From positions 64,001 to 128,000 of the forward strand of contig CAVXEP010000005.1 in NCBI GenBank assembly GCA_963760795.1: a stretch of DNA of 64,000 nt, written 5' to 3'. The notes beneath the pieces were generated by a model that worked only from the letters and a program-made list of their open reading frames with translations, made no database searches and was not told the DNA's origin. Made by a program: the position numbers and the translations under genes. This document shows, in pieces, positions 23,251 through 32,727 of this stretch (position 1 is its first letter; each line of letters opens with the position of its first letter). Source of the stretch: an uncultured delta proteobacterium (lineage in GTDB: Bacteria > Desulfobacterota > Binatia > UBA9968).

Positions 23251-23449
23251 CGACCCCGCCGAGTACCGAACACTCCCTTGACCACAATCTTCCCCTCCTC
23301 CGACACACTGCGCGGCTTAAGACGATTCACAACTAACGTTGCCAAACGTCTAAGCAGATGGCGCTTGACGTTGCCTTGGGGTGTTTCAGGAAACCACTCG
23401 ACCCCTCGGCGAATCCGAGGATACGATTGACGCCTGCGCTTAGGAGGTA

Positions 23450-24244
23450 GTGGTCATGATTGGAGAATCCACCGCTCAAACGCGGCTTTGCCCAGACTGC
23501 GCCAACAGTATCGCGGCAGATGCCGCGAATTGTCCTTATTGCAAGGCCGAGCTCTCATCGCAGTCTGCTCCGCAATGGCTCAAGCGCGGCGGACAATCAT
23601 CACAACCAAGAATTGGCCCGGAGAATCCCAAGAGATTCTCAATCCCGGCCAAATTTATCTGGATCGCCGCCATGCTCGTTGTGGCTGTGAACGCCTTTTT
23701 TGCCGGAGGCTACAGACAACGCAGCGAGCTCGCGCTGTCTTCTCAGGCCAACCTCAAGCAGCTCCAAGGGAAAGATCAAATGATTCAAAGTCAGGAAGGG
23801 CAACTTGCGCAAACGCGCCAACAACTGAACGATACCTCCAATCAGCTCGCCGAAATGAAGAATAAACTCGAGGCAAGCCAGAAAGAACTTTTGCTAGCAA
23901 AGCAACGCGTGAGTGCCGTGGCGCAGCAAATAGATCGTCCGACCGCGAGCCGGTCTCCGGTCGCTAAAAGAACTGCATCGCGCGCGACGGACACCGCTGG
24001 CTCGATGCCTCAGCCGGCGACGGCAACACAAACAGCCGCTCCGGGTGTCTATGAGACAACCCGAGCGACGTCGGTATATGAAAATCCGTCATCGACCGCG
24101 CGCATTATCTCGCAAATCGGCGGCGGAACCAGGATCAACGTCGTAAGTTCTGCCGCAGGTTGGCTGGAAGTGCGGTCCAAGCGCGGCAATCCTCCAGGCT
24201 ACGTACGCGCCGATGATGCGCGGGTGATCGGCGGAACGAGCTGA
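23450..24244 (+). CDS. Membrane protein: Zn-ribbon, TM helix, coiled coil, C-terminal SH3b-like domain
   Basis: CPDC-x10-CPYC; one hydrophobic helix; Q/L-rich heptads; VYENPSS...GWLEV...GYV; AGGAGG RBS. Confidence 0.72.
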   Translation: MVMIGESTAQTRLCPDCANSIAADAANCPYCKAELSSQSAPQWLKRGGQSSQPRIGPENPKRFSIPAKFIWIAAMLVVAVNAFFAGGYRQRSELALSSQANLKQLQGKDQMIQSQEGQLAQTRQQLNDTSNQLAEMKNKLEASQKELLLAKQRVSAVAQQIDRPTASRSPVAKRTASRATDTAGSMPQPATATQTAAPGVYETTRATSVYENPSSTARIISQIGGGTRINVVSSAAGWLEVRSKRGNPPGYVRADDARVIGGTS

Positions 24245-24604
24245 GAATTGCCCGCAAATAGGGCTCGGCCTGTAGTCAATTCACTGCCAAAACTTCAATT
24301 CGCTGCCAGTCGGGACCGGTTCGACCACTGTCAATTTCACTAGTCCGTGAGCCCACCCGGAGTGTGTTCTAAGACCAGACCGCAACCTTTTTGGCTCGGC
24401 GTTTGTTGTTCCACTAGGCGCTGCTTCCTTCCGCCGGGAAATCGCCTCGCACACCTCATACCTGTCATCGTCAGCGACAACGTCAAGACACAAGCCCGTA
24501 AACCCTTAACTTTCCCCTCGACATAGAAAATTGACTTTTATAATGTGGGCCGTGACGCGTTTTCGCCGCCGGTTCGGCAACTTATTTCCAGGAGGAACTG
24601 AACG

Positions 24605-25585
24605 ATGAATAACTTAATCCTGTCGATGATCTCACCGCTGCTGATCGGCGTGTTGTTGTTTCCCGGCAAAGCGGCATTCGCCCTCGATAAAATCAACGTC
24701 ACCCTGCCGTCCAAGTCGTTTCAGTTCATCATCTTTCCGCTCGCCAAGGAGCGGGGTTATATGAAAGAGGAAGGGATCGATCTCAATATCGTCGTCATGG
24801 CCTCCACCCCGGGCCTGCAAGCCGTGCTCGCCGGTGAAATGGATTTCACCGGTTCCGGCAGCAGCGCCCTGGTCGCCGTCACTCAAGGCAATGCGCCGCT
24901 CAAAACCGTCCTGGCGGTCACCGATCAGGTGCTGCAGTGGCTCATGGTCCGGCCCCAGTACAGCGCTTTCAAAGATCTAAAGAATAAAAAGGTCGCCGTC
25001 ACCGGCGTCGCCGCGGTGGCGACGTTTATGTTGAAAAAAGTTGCCCCGAAGTACGGCCTCGACGCCAACAAGGATTTGACCTTTCTCGCCTTGCCGCCGG
25101 GCCAGCGCCTTGCGGCGCTACAGACGGGGGTCGTGGATGGCGGGCTATTGAGTTCGGAGGAACGCTTTGCCGCCCTCGATCAAGGCATGAAAGAGATCTT
25201 GTATCTGGGCAAAGAAGTGAAAAATTCCTGGGGCACCATCGCGACCAACGACCAGTTCATCAAAGGCAAACCCAAGTTGATGCACGGATTCACGCGCGCC
25301 CTGCTCAAAGCTCTGCGCCTGGTCAAGCAGAACCGCGAGGTCGCGATGGATGCGATGATGAAGTTCTCCGAGTTAGACAGGGAATTGGCGGCGCGCACTT
25401 ACGACGGCATGATCGGAACTTTTACGACCAACGGCGTGGTCGACGAAGAAACCCAGAAAAACGATCTCGACATCGTTCGCGAGGTCCTCAAAGTCACCAA
25501 GGAAGTGCCCATCGAGCGCGCCTACGATTTCAGCTTTGCCAAGAAAGCCGATATCGAGCTAACCCAAGCGGGCTGGAAACCTTAG
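24605..25585 (+). CDS. NMT1/SsuA-like substrate-binding protein
   Basis: Signal peptide; LAKERGYMKEEGIDL, DLKNKKVAV; AGGAGG RBS. Confidence 0.85.
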   Translation: MNNLILSMISPLLIGVLLFPGKAAFALDKINVTLPSKSFQFIIFPLAKERGYMKEEGIDLNIVVMASTPGLQAVLAGEMDFTGSGSSALVAVTQGNAPLKTVLAVTDQVLQWLMVRPQYSAFKDLKNKKVAVTGVAAVATFMLKKVAPKYGLDANKDLTFLALPPGQRLAALQTGVVDGGLLSSEERFAALDQGMKEILYLGKEVKNSWGTIATNDQFIKGKPKLMHGFTRALLKALRLVKQNREVAMDAMMKFSELDRELAARTYDGMIGTFTTNGVVDEETQKNDLDIVREVLKVTKEVPIERAYDFSFAKKADIELTQAGWKP

Positions 25586-25608
25586 AAACTCTTGCGGGTG
25601 GGGCGCTC

Positions 25609-25682
25609 CAGTAATACGAAGAGCACGAAGTTCGGAGTCTTAATTATGTGAAACCTTCTTGTCCTGAGCGCTCTTCGTGGTG
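25609..25682. repeat. CACGAAG-type intergenic repeat
   Basis: AGTAATACGAAGAGCACGAAGTTCGGAGT also occurs at ~30696; inverted/palindromic version at 52980-53049. Confidence 0.7.
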
Positions 25683-25762
25683 CAAAAAATAAACTGAAAA
25701 TTAAACATGATTTGCTCAAAAATCTGAAGGACCAGTTTCTAACGGAGGCAGATCGATTCAGC

Positions 25763-26521
25763 ATGGGGCAAAAATTTTACGTCGTATGGTCAGGACGGCA
25801 GACCGGTGTCTTCACGGATTGGGCGACCACGCAGCGGGCCGTGGACAAGTTTGCCGGGGCGCGCTTCAAGTCCTTCCCGACCCGTGCGGAAGCCGAGCAG
25901 GCCTTTGGCCGCGGCGGCTCCGCAAGCATTTCGCCCAAAACGGTGAGAAGGAAAAATGCCAGCACACCCGACAGCGCACGCCGAGCCGCGCATACCGCTC
26001 ATCAATTCGATGTCAGTATCTATTGCGATGGCGCCTGCGAGCCCAACCCCGGCAACGCCGGCTCCGGCATCGTGGTCTATCGAGCCGGCCAACTCGCGCA
26101 ATTGTGGTATGGCCTGTACAACCCCAGGGGGACCAATAATACCGCCGAACTGAACGCGCTCTATCACGCCTTGCGCATGGCCGAAACGGAAATTACGGCC
26201 GGTAACAGCGTCGAGATCTGCAGCGACTCGGCGTACTCCATCAATTGCATTCGCAGTTGGGCTCCAGGCTGGGAAAAGAAGGGCTGGAAAAAAGCTGGCG
26301 GCGAGATCAAGAACCTGGAGATCATCCAGGACTGTTACGCGATCTACCGGCGCATTAAAAAACAACTGACCCTCACCCACGTCGCCGCCCACGTTGGCAC
26401 CGAAGGCAACGAACTCGCCGACCGCATGGCCATGCTCGGCGCCCAGCTTAAAGAAAAAGAACTGCGGCAATATCAGGGAGAAATAGATATTCCGGCGCTG
26501 CTCAAGATCCGGGCCGGGTGA
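25763..26521 (+). CDS. rnhA: Ribonuclease HI with N-terminal hybrid-binding (caulimovirus viroplasmin-like) domain
   Basis: KFYVVWSGRQTGVFTDW..FKSF..EAE; YCDGAC, TNNTAEL, SDSAY, HVAAH..GNELAD. Confidence 0.9.
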   Translation: MGQKFYVVWSGRQTGVFTDWATTQRAVDKFAGARFKSFPTRAEAEQAFGRGGSASISPKTVRRKNASTPDSARRAAHTAHQFDVSIYCDGACEPNPGNAGSGIVVYRAGQLAQLWYGLYNPRGTNNTAELNALYHALRMAETEITAGNSVEICSDSAYSINCIRSWAPGWEKKGWKKAGGEIKNLEIIQDCYAIYRRIKKQLTLTHVAAHVGTEGNELADRMAMLGAQLKEKELRQYQGEIDIPALLKIRAG

Positions 26522-26638
26522 ATAAAGATCGGTTGGGATGAAGGCTGGTCGACGAACGAAACAGCTGCGCCCGTATGATACTTGATAGCACCGCGTTATT
26601 GCGATAAGCGGTGTCAGAAACTTGAGAGGAGAACTTCG

Positions 26639-27400
26639 TTGAAGCAAAAGTATTTCGATTGCCATTTTCATATCATCGACAAGAATTTCCCCGTCGTGCC
26701 CAATCAAGGGTTCATGCCCGACGCCTTTACCAGCGAGGATTATTTGGAGCGGGTCAAAGCGATCGACCTGTGCGGCGGCGCGGTGGTGTCTGGCTCTTTC
26801 CAGGAGTTGGATCAATCGTATCTATTTCACGCTCTAAAGTTCCTAGGCCCGACCTTTGTCGGCGTCACCCAAGTGCCGCAGACCGTGTCGGATCGGGAGT
26901 TGCAGGAACTCAACAACGCCGGGGTTCGCGCCGTCCGTTTCAACGTCAAGCGCGGCGGTTCGGAAGACGTCCGGCATCTGGAAGGCTTCGCCCGGCGCGT
27001 TCATAAGCTGGTCGGCTGGCACACCGAGTTGTATGTCGATTCCACCGAGCTTGCCGGTCTTTTCGATACACTCGTGTCGTTGCCGGCGGTCAGCATCGAC
27101 CATCTCGGTCTCTCCAAAGCCGGTTTCCCGACGCTGCTCAAACTCGCGGAAAAGGGAGTGCGGGTAAAAGCCACTGGCTTCGGACGGGTCGACTTCGACG
27201 TGCGCTCCGCCCTGACCGATCTGTACGCGGCCAACCCGCGGGCACTCATGTTCGGCACCGATCTGCCTTCCACCCGCGCGCCAAGGCCGTATCTCGATAG
27301 CGATTACACGCTGGTCTTGGAAACCTTAGGAGAAGAAAAGGCGGCGAATGTTTTTTATAAGAACGCGATTGAGTTTTACCGGCCGAAGCACGCTGGCTAG
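26639..27400 (+). CDS. Amidohydrolase_2 (2-pyrone-4,6-dicarboxylate lactonase-like)
   Basis: FDCHFHII, GVRAVRFN, IDHLG, FGTDLPSTRA. Confidence 0.85.
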   Translation: MKQKYFDCHFHIIDKNFPVVPNQGFMPDAFTSEDYLERVKAIDLCGGAVVSGSFQELDQSYLFHALKFLGPTFVGVTQVPQTVSDRELQELNNAGVRAVRFNVKRGGSEDVRHLEGFARRVHKLVGWHTELYVDSTELAGLFDTLVSLPAVSIDHLGLSKAGFPTLLKLAEKGVRVKATGFGRVDFDVRSALTDLYAANPRALMFGTDLPSTRAPRPYLDSDYTLVLETLGEEKAANVFYKNAIEFYRPKHAG

Positions 27401-27522
27401 AGCTCGCCCTCTCATCAGGGGTGATGAATCAATCTCCGGCAGCCGGCGCAAGGATTTGTCGCTCTCATTTTTTTCTACCCGGCATTCTAGATTCACAGAG
27501 AGAAATCGCCCAGAATCAGTTT

Positions 27523-28527
27523 ATGGCTAGTCCGCTGATTTCTTTCTTAACCGGCCTCGGTTCGCGCCGCATCGTGGAAGCTGTCACACCGGCGCGTACG
27601 ATGGCGGATGTCGTATTGGCGCCGCACACCCGCCGCACCTTGGAGCAGGCGCTGGCGCAAGTGCGCAATTACAACTTGATTTTTAACCGCTGGGGCCTGG
27701 GCGAACGGCATACTTCGGGCCGGGGAATGGCGTTTAACTTCGCCGGACAGCCGGGCACGGGAAAGACGATCTGCGCCGAAGCGATCGCCTATGAGCTTGG
27801 TTTGAAGCTTCTCGTGGTCAATTATGCCGAGGCCGAGTCGATGTGGTTCGGCGAGACGCCAAAAAATATCGTCGCGACGTTCCGCGCGGCGGCTGAGCAA
27901 AATGCCGTCCTACTATTTGACGAGGCCGACGCCATCGCCATGCGCCGCTCCTCGGGCGCCGGGCTGCCGCATGAACGGGAAAGCAATCTCACCGTCAACG
28001 TTCTCCTGCATGAGTTGGAGTCGTTCAATGGCATCGTAATTTTCGCGACCAATCTGGCAGCGAACTTCGATCCCGCATTCGAACGCCGCATCCGCGCCCA
28101 TGTGCTGTTTGAGATCCCCGGACCGGAAGAACGCGCACGCATCTGGGAGCTGCAAATTCATCCGAAGAAGACTCCGTTGGCATCCGACGTTGATTTCCGG
28201 GTGCTCGGCGAGCGCTATGCGGTGAGCGGCGGCGATATCAAGAATGCGGTTCTCAAAGCCGCCGCCTTAGCCGCCGCCCAACCAGGCTCAGATTTGGCTA
28301 AACGCATTAAGCAGCAGGATTTCGCAGTCGCCATGGATGAGGTGTTGGCGGCCAAGACGGTGATGCAGCAGTCACTCTTCGCCGACACCCGGATTGCAGC
28401 AGCCGATGCCGTTAATGCGCGCGCGATGGAGCCGCTATGGCGCAGCGCAGTTTTCGCCGCCCTGGCGCTAGCCGGAATCGCCCTGATCACCGCCTTCGTG
28501 GCGGTAGCGTTGGCGCTCATGCATTGA
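27523..28527 (+). CDS. AAA+ ATPase with C-terminal transmembrane helix
   Basis: Walker A GQPGTGKT, Walker B LLFDEAD, SRH ATN..FDPAFERRI; hydrophobic tail AVFAALALAGIALITAFVAVALAL. Confidence 0.85.
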   Translation: MASPLISFLTGLGSRRIVEAVTPARTMADVVLAPHTRRTLEQALAQVRNYNLIFNRWGLGERHTSGRGMAFNFAGQPGTGKTICAEAIAYELGLKLLVVNYAEAESMWFGETPKNIVATFRAAAEQNAVLLFDEADAIAMRRSSGAGLPHERESNLTVNVLLHELESFNGIVIFATNLAANFDPAFERRIRAHVLFEIPGPEERARIWELQIHPKKTPLASDVDFRVLGERYAVSGGDIKNAVLKAAALAAAQPGSDLAKRIKQQDFAVAMDEVLAAKTVMQQSLFADTRIAAADAVNARAMEPLWRSAVFAALALAGIALITAFVAVALALMH

Positions 28528-28749
28528 ATCATGATCTCGTGAATAATAGATCCTCATTCTCTTTTTCATAACGCTTCAGAAACCTCGTCACACGCTTACA
28601 GCCTCAAATAGGCCAGCCGCGGCCCACCGTCGGCTGTTTGTAATTGCCCGTTGATATCCGGCTCGTCCCAATGACGGGACACATACTTGCGTTATGTCTC
28701 ATAATTATCTTCGTAGCGATGTTTTCAGCTGAATTATCACGACTTTTTA

Positions 28750-28766
28750 TTGGTATCATATGTGCT
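28750..28766 (+). promoter_or_regulatory. Putative sigma54 (-24/-12) promoter
   Basis: TTGGTATCATATGTGCT has GG-N10-GC spacing, about 35 nt before the CsbD start. Confidence 0.4.
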
Positions 28767-28801
28767 TTTATTAGTGCTAGTTTACGGAAAGGAGACAGTA
28801 T

Positions 28802-29050
28802 ATGAACAGCAATCAATTTAAGGGCGAATGGAAACAATTCAAAGGCGAACTCAAGAGAAAATGGGCCGACTTAACCGATGACGATTTGTTAGAAGCCGAG
28901 GGCGGCTACGATAAATTCCTAGGGGTTATCCAAAAGAGATATGGCGATAAACAAGAAGAAGTAAAAAACTGGGCAGAAGATTGGTATTCAAAACGGGAGC
29001 GAGATGAGATCGCATCGAGAAAAGCCAGCGAGTCAAGAAACCAAAGGTAA
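28802..29050 (+). CDS. CsbD/YjbJ family stress protein
   Basis: MN..QFKGEWKQFKGELKRKWADLTDDDL...IQKRYG; GGAGA RBS. Confidence 0.88.
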   Translation: MNSNQFKGEWKQFKGELKRKWADLTDDDLLEAEGGYDKFLGVIQKRYGDKQEEVKNWAEDWYSKRERDEIASRKASESRNQR

Positions 29051-29600
29051 AATAGGCGCTCTGGCCTGACGCTAACTGGCACCGCGCTAATCAAGAACCC
29101 GACCGTCGCGGCCGCCGCAAGAATAGAATATTGCGCTGCTCAAAATTTGAGCGCTGGCCGAGGTATATCAGGTGTCTCACGAACGGGACACATTCACGCG
29201 TTCTGTCTCAAATTAGAGATTGTCGATCTTTAAATAATCCATATAGTGTCTGTAGTTTTCCTGCAAATTTTTCCTCCATATCGATTTCAGCAGGTGTAAT
29301 ACCTGGCTCACAGTTCGGCCCGCTTTCCTAGAATCCTAAGCTAGGTAACGACGCCGTTCGCGATGTACGCCACCCGCGTACCTGGTGACCAACGCGATAT
29401 CGAATGAATCTTCGGCTGATTGGTTTACTAGCACCGACTTTGCAACTAGCGGTTACATGACTGTCAACAAAAGTTTACGCGGATTTAACCTAGAAAAGCC
29501 TTTTACCTGTTTAGATTCACTAAATAAACCTCTGGAACAGACGTTGCTTAAGCAAAACACCCAAGTACAGAAATACGTGCGATGGAAGGAAGCGAACGCC

Positions 29601-30386
29601 ATGAAATCGTGGGCCGATTTTAAAGGTATCATGCCCTACGCCAATGATTTATTCGAATTTTACCAGCCCCTACTACACTGGAAATCACGTATTTTCGGCA
29701 ATCGTTTCGATAAATTTCGCAGCGCGATTTTTCCTAACCTTGCTGGGCAGGCGCGGTCTTCGCAGCGCGCGCCGTTGCAAGCGCAACTCGATCGGGTGAC
29801 CAGCACAGAATTGGCGACCGATACCGGACCTCAAGCGCTAAGTATCAGCGACCTCAAGCCGGTTGCCGTTGTCAGCCAGGCGCAGCCCGATCTCGAACCT
29901 ACTATCGACTGTGGGATTGCTCGGTTGTTACAACGCGACATCGGCAAAAACCCGTCGCGGGACTGGCGCTGCCGGATCACACCCGAGTCGATGCAAACGC
30001 TGCTGGAGCAGTTGAAAACCATTGTCGCCAAACCGACTGAATTGCAGAACTTTCCCGAGATCGCTGAGTACGTTCAACGCTTCACCCAGGGAATCGCGAT
30101 CACCGACCAAGCCTTGGCCATGCAATCCTTGTTCAACAAGGAAGCGCGCGTTTCAAGTTTTCTTCTCTTCCTTTCACGCCACAAGCCAAGTCAATTGAAC
30201 GAATTATTTTTTACGCGCGCCGCAGGCGGATCATCGTCCGGCGGTCTGACACTCACGGCTAGGACAGCTCGGCACTTGGGACAGACCGAGCCAACGGAAG
30301 TTCACCGACCGACGTCCACCGTTTTGGCGCCATCCAAGGGCGCGGATTGCTTACCGCCGGGAATGACTCGCCAACCCTTGAGCTGA
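29601..30386 (+). CDS. Hypothetical protein, probably a truncated 5' fragment
   Basis: GGAAGGA RBS before ATG 29601; protein-like to ~30225, then the frame runs antisense into the 30302..30508 gene. Confidence 0.45.
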   Translation: MKSWADFKGIMPYANDLFEFYQPLLHWKSRIFGNRFDKFRSAIFPNLAGQARSSQRAPLQAQLDRVTSTELATDTGPQALSISDLKPVAVVSQAQPDLEPTIDCGIARLLQRDIGKNPSRDWRCRITPESMQTLLEQLKTIVAKPTELQNFPEIAEYVQRFTQGIAITDQALAMQSLFNKEARVSSFLLFLSRHKPSQLNELFFTRAAGGSSSGGLTLTARTARHLGQTEPTEVHRPTSTVLAPSKGADCLPPGMTRQPLS

Positions 30387-30508
30387 TAGCCGCACACCGC
30401 ACAGTAGCCGGTAATCGGATGCTCGCCATCGCTGGTAGCACTTTGCAGTACGTCAACGTAGAGGTAGTCGCGGCACTTGGGGCAGGATCGATGGAGGTAT
30501 TTCGCCAT
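30302..30508 (-). CDS. Small Zn-ribbon protein (68 aa)
   Basis: MAKYLHRSCPKC..CAVCGY, two CxxC pairs. Confidence 0.55.
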   Translation of the reverse strand: MAKYLHRSCPKCRDYLYVDVLQSATSDGEHPITGYCAVCGYQLKGWRVIPGGKQSAPLDGAKTVDVGR

Positions 30509-30989
30509 GGCGACCGACACATATCGCGGCGAGCACCGGCGAGTCAACTTGTGCGATTGAGGCGACGTCAGTTCAAGCCAACGGCGTTAACAGCTTTCGA
30601 CTTTGGTCTACCGTAGTGCCTCCTTAAATGAAGTCACTTCTTCGATCTAACCATTGGTTTCGAACTACCGAAGGATTCCGCAAATTATCACCGATAGTAA
30701 TACGAAGAGCACGAAGTTCGGAGTTGGGTCATCCGGACCCTTCGTGACCTTTGCGATGAGTTTTACTTCCCCGATAAACTACCGACATCGTGAGACACTC
30801 CATTAGTTTCTAAGACCGGTCTTTCTACCTTCCTTGGTTCTCTGATTACTTGACAGTTTGTTCGGCCAAGGACTACAAGTGGATTTCTAAGCGATCTCAG
30901 ATTGAGGGGCTATGATCTCAGGCCCCGAGCGCGCTAACACCAGCATGGACAGCTAACGTGCAGTGACTGCAAACAGAACAGGAGGCGTC

Positions 30990-32054
30990 ATGAAAAAACG
31001 GACTCTCCCTGGCGAGTACTTTCTCATGCTCCTGGTCGTTCTAAACGGTGCGTCGGTTTCCGCGGGCCACGCGCAAAGCGAGTCCTTTTATAAGGGAAAG
31101 ACCCTCAAAGTCCTGGTCGGAACCACTGCAGGTTCCTTTTATGATATCTGGGCGCGCACGGTTGCCGCCCATTTGCCGAGGCACATCCCAGGCAATCCGG
31201 ATTCGCTCGTTCAGAACATGCCTGGAGCGGGCCACAAGATTGCCACCAATTACATGTATAACGTGGCCAAGCCCGACGGCCTGACGATCGTCGGATCCAT
31301 TTTACCGGGAGTGTACATGGACCAGCTCGCGGGGCGGCCGGAGGTCAAATATGATTGGGCAAAGTTTGTCTGGATTGGCTCACCGGTCAAGAGTGAATCC
31401 CAGATGACCATGCGCGCGGACGCGCCCTACAAATCCATCGACGACATACGCAAGGCGAAAGAGCCGCCGCGCTGCGGCAGCACCGGCACTTCCGGCACGG
31501 ACTATATGCTGGCCCGGCTTCTCGAAGAAATTATGCCGCCCCTCAAGATCCACTCCGTGCTGGGATATCCGGGCGGGCCGGAGCTCGATCTCGGCATTGA
31601 GCGAGGCGAAATACAGTGCCGGACCTTTACGATCGAAACGTTTTTCGCGCGCGAGCCTTATATTACGTGGAAAAAGAAGGGCTTCGTTCGCAACCTCTAT
31701 CAAACCGGACGAAAACGCGATGCGCGCATGACCGATGTGCCGACGCTATATGAGGTCATGGACGGTTATAAGATACCCGAGGCTGGCCGGCGCCTGGCAA
31801 CCGTGATCCTCGCCAACGGCACTCTGGGCAGGCCGATATTCACTTCCCCCGGGACGCCGCCGGATCGGGTAAAGATGCTGCGCGAAGCCTTTGGAAAGAT
31901 GGTCAACGACCCGGCTTTTCTGGACGAGGTCAAGAAAAAAAACTTCGAGCTTGACCCGATCAGCGGCGAAGAGCTGGAAGTCATCGTCAAAGAGGTCATG
32001 ACACAACCGGCGGAGACCATCGCCCGCTTAAAAACAATTCTGACACAACAGTAA
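30990..32054 (+). CDS. Bug/TctC-like tricarboxylate-transporter substrate-binding protein
   Basis: FYKGKT, HIPGNP..VQNMPGAG, AKPDGLT, GYPGG, ERGE, PPDRVKMLREAF. Confidence 0.88.
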   Translation: MKKRTLPGEYFLMLLVVLNGASVSAGHAQSESFYKGKTLKVLVGTTAGSFYDIWARTVAAHLPRHIPGNPDSLVQNMPGAGHKIATNYMYNVAKPDGLTIVGSILPGVYMDQLAGRPEVKYDWAKFVWIGSPVKSESQMTMRADAPYKSIDDIRKAKEPPRCGSTGTSGTDYMLARLLEEIMPPLKIHSVLGYPGGPELDLGIERGEIQCRTFTIETFFAREPYITWKKKGFVRNLYQTGRKRDARMTDVPTLYEVMDGYKIPEAGRRLATVILANGTLGRPIFTSPGTPPDRVKMLREAFGKMVNDPAFLDEVKKKNFELDPISGEELEVIVKEVMTQPAETIARLKTILTQQ

Positions 32055-32187
32055 AATCGGCATGCGCGGGAAAGCCTACAGCGACAGAGCAACAGGGTCT
32101 AGGAAAGATGCTATTCCCGGTGATAACAGACAACTCCGACGGCGTTGCTGAGCTGCGCGGTAACGAAGGTCGGCTACGCCGTCACGA

Positions 32188-32400
32188 TTAACGCCTGGGG
32201 CCAGGCCGTTCATCACAGGGCCCGTAATAATCGACAACCTCGCGTTCGGTCGGCATGTTCGGATCGCCATAGGTCTCGATCTTCATATGGCAGCGATTAT
32301 CCTCGCCCTGTACTTTCATGAGAATGCGGTCGGGTTCGGCGGTGCATCCCATGAACGAAAGGAGTAACACAATAGGAAACCCAAATATGGCAGGTTTCAT
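32188..32400 (-). CDS. Small putative lipoprotein
   Basis: Hydrophobic signal with FMGC lipobox; two further Cys; GGAAGGAAG RBS. Confidence 0.55.
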   Translation of the reverse strand: MKPAIFGFPIVLLLSFMGCTAEPDRILMKVQGEDNRCHMKIETYGDPNMPTEREVVDYYGPCDERPGPRR

Positions 32401-32555
32401 TTCGACTTCCTTCCCTGGTTCCCTGATCTGGTAAGCTTTTCATGTCCTGCCAATTCAACGTAACGCTTTAGGGCACCAAGGGCTAGAGGAAGTCCAATAG
32501 GGTAATTGACGCCCCCGGACAGGGACAGCTGTTCAGCGACAAAGGATTTAGATTT

Positions 32556-32635
32556 GCCAGGAGATGGAAGATTACCGGAGCGGCAAGATGGGCCACTTGT
32601 CGTAGGAGAGGCGATAGGATAAGTCATCGCTGCCG
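32556..32635 (+). repeat. Copy 1 of ~80-bp direct repeat with conserved hairpins
   Basis: GGAGCGGCAAGATGGG..ACTTGTCGT.GGAGA.GCGATAGG....GTCATCGCTGCCG shared with 34134-34212. Confidence 0.8.
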
Positions 32636-32727
32636 CATGTCGTAAGAATGATCTGGCCCTCTGGCCACATTGTTGGCGATAAAGCGGTTACGATTGAAAG
32701 TGCGGATGGATATCACAAAAACCTGAG

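Noticed and set aside
23376-23420. c-di-AMP (ydaO) riboswitch, suggested by TTGGGGTG and CGAATCCG words
   Set aside because: The upstream GGGGGACCCA-like partner and downstream CAGCTAAC elements are missing; kept only as a generic structured leader.
24420-24433. SRP RNA-like CGGAAGGAAGCAGC on the minus strand
   Set aside because: It lacks the preceding CAGG-UCC needed to form the helix 8 GNRA hairpin and symmetric loop.
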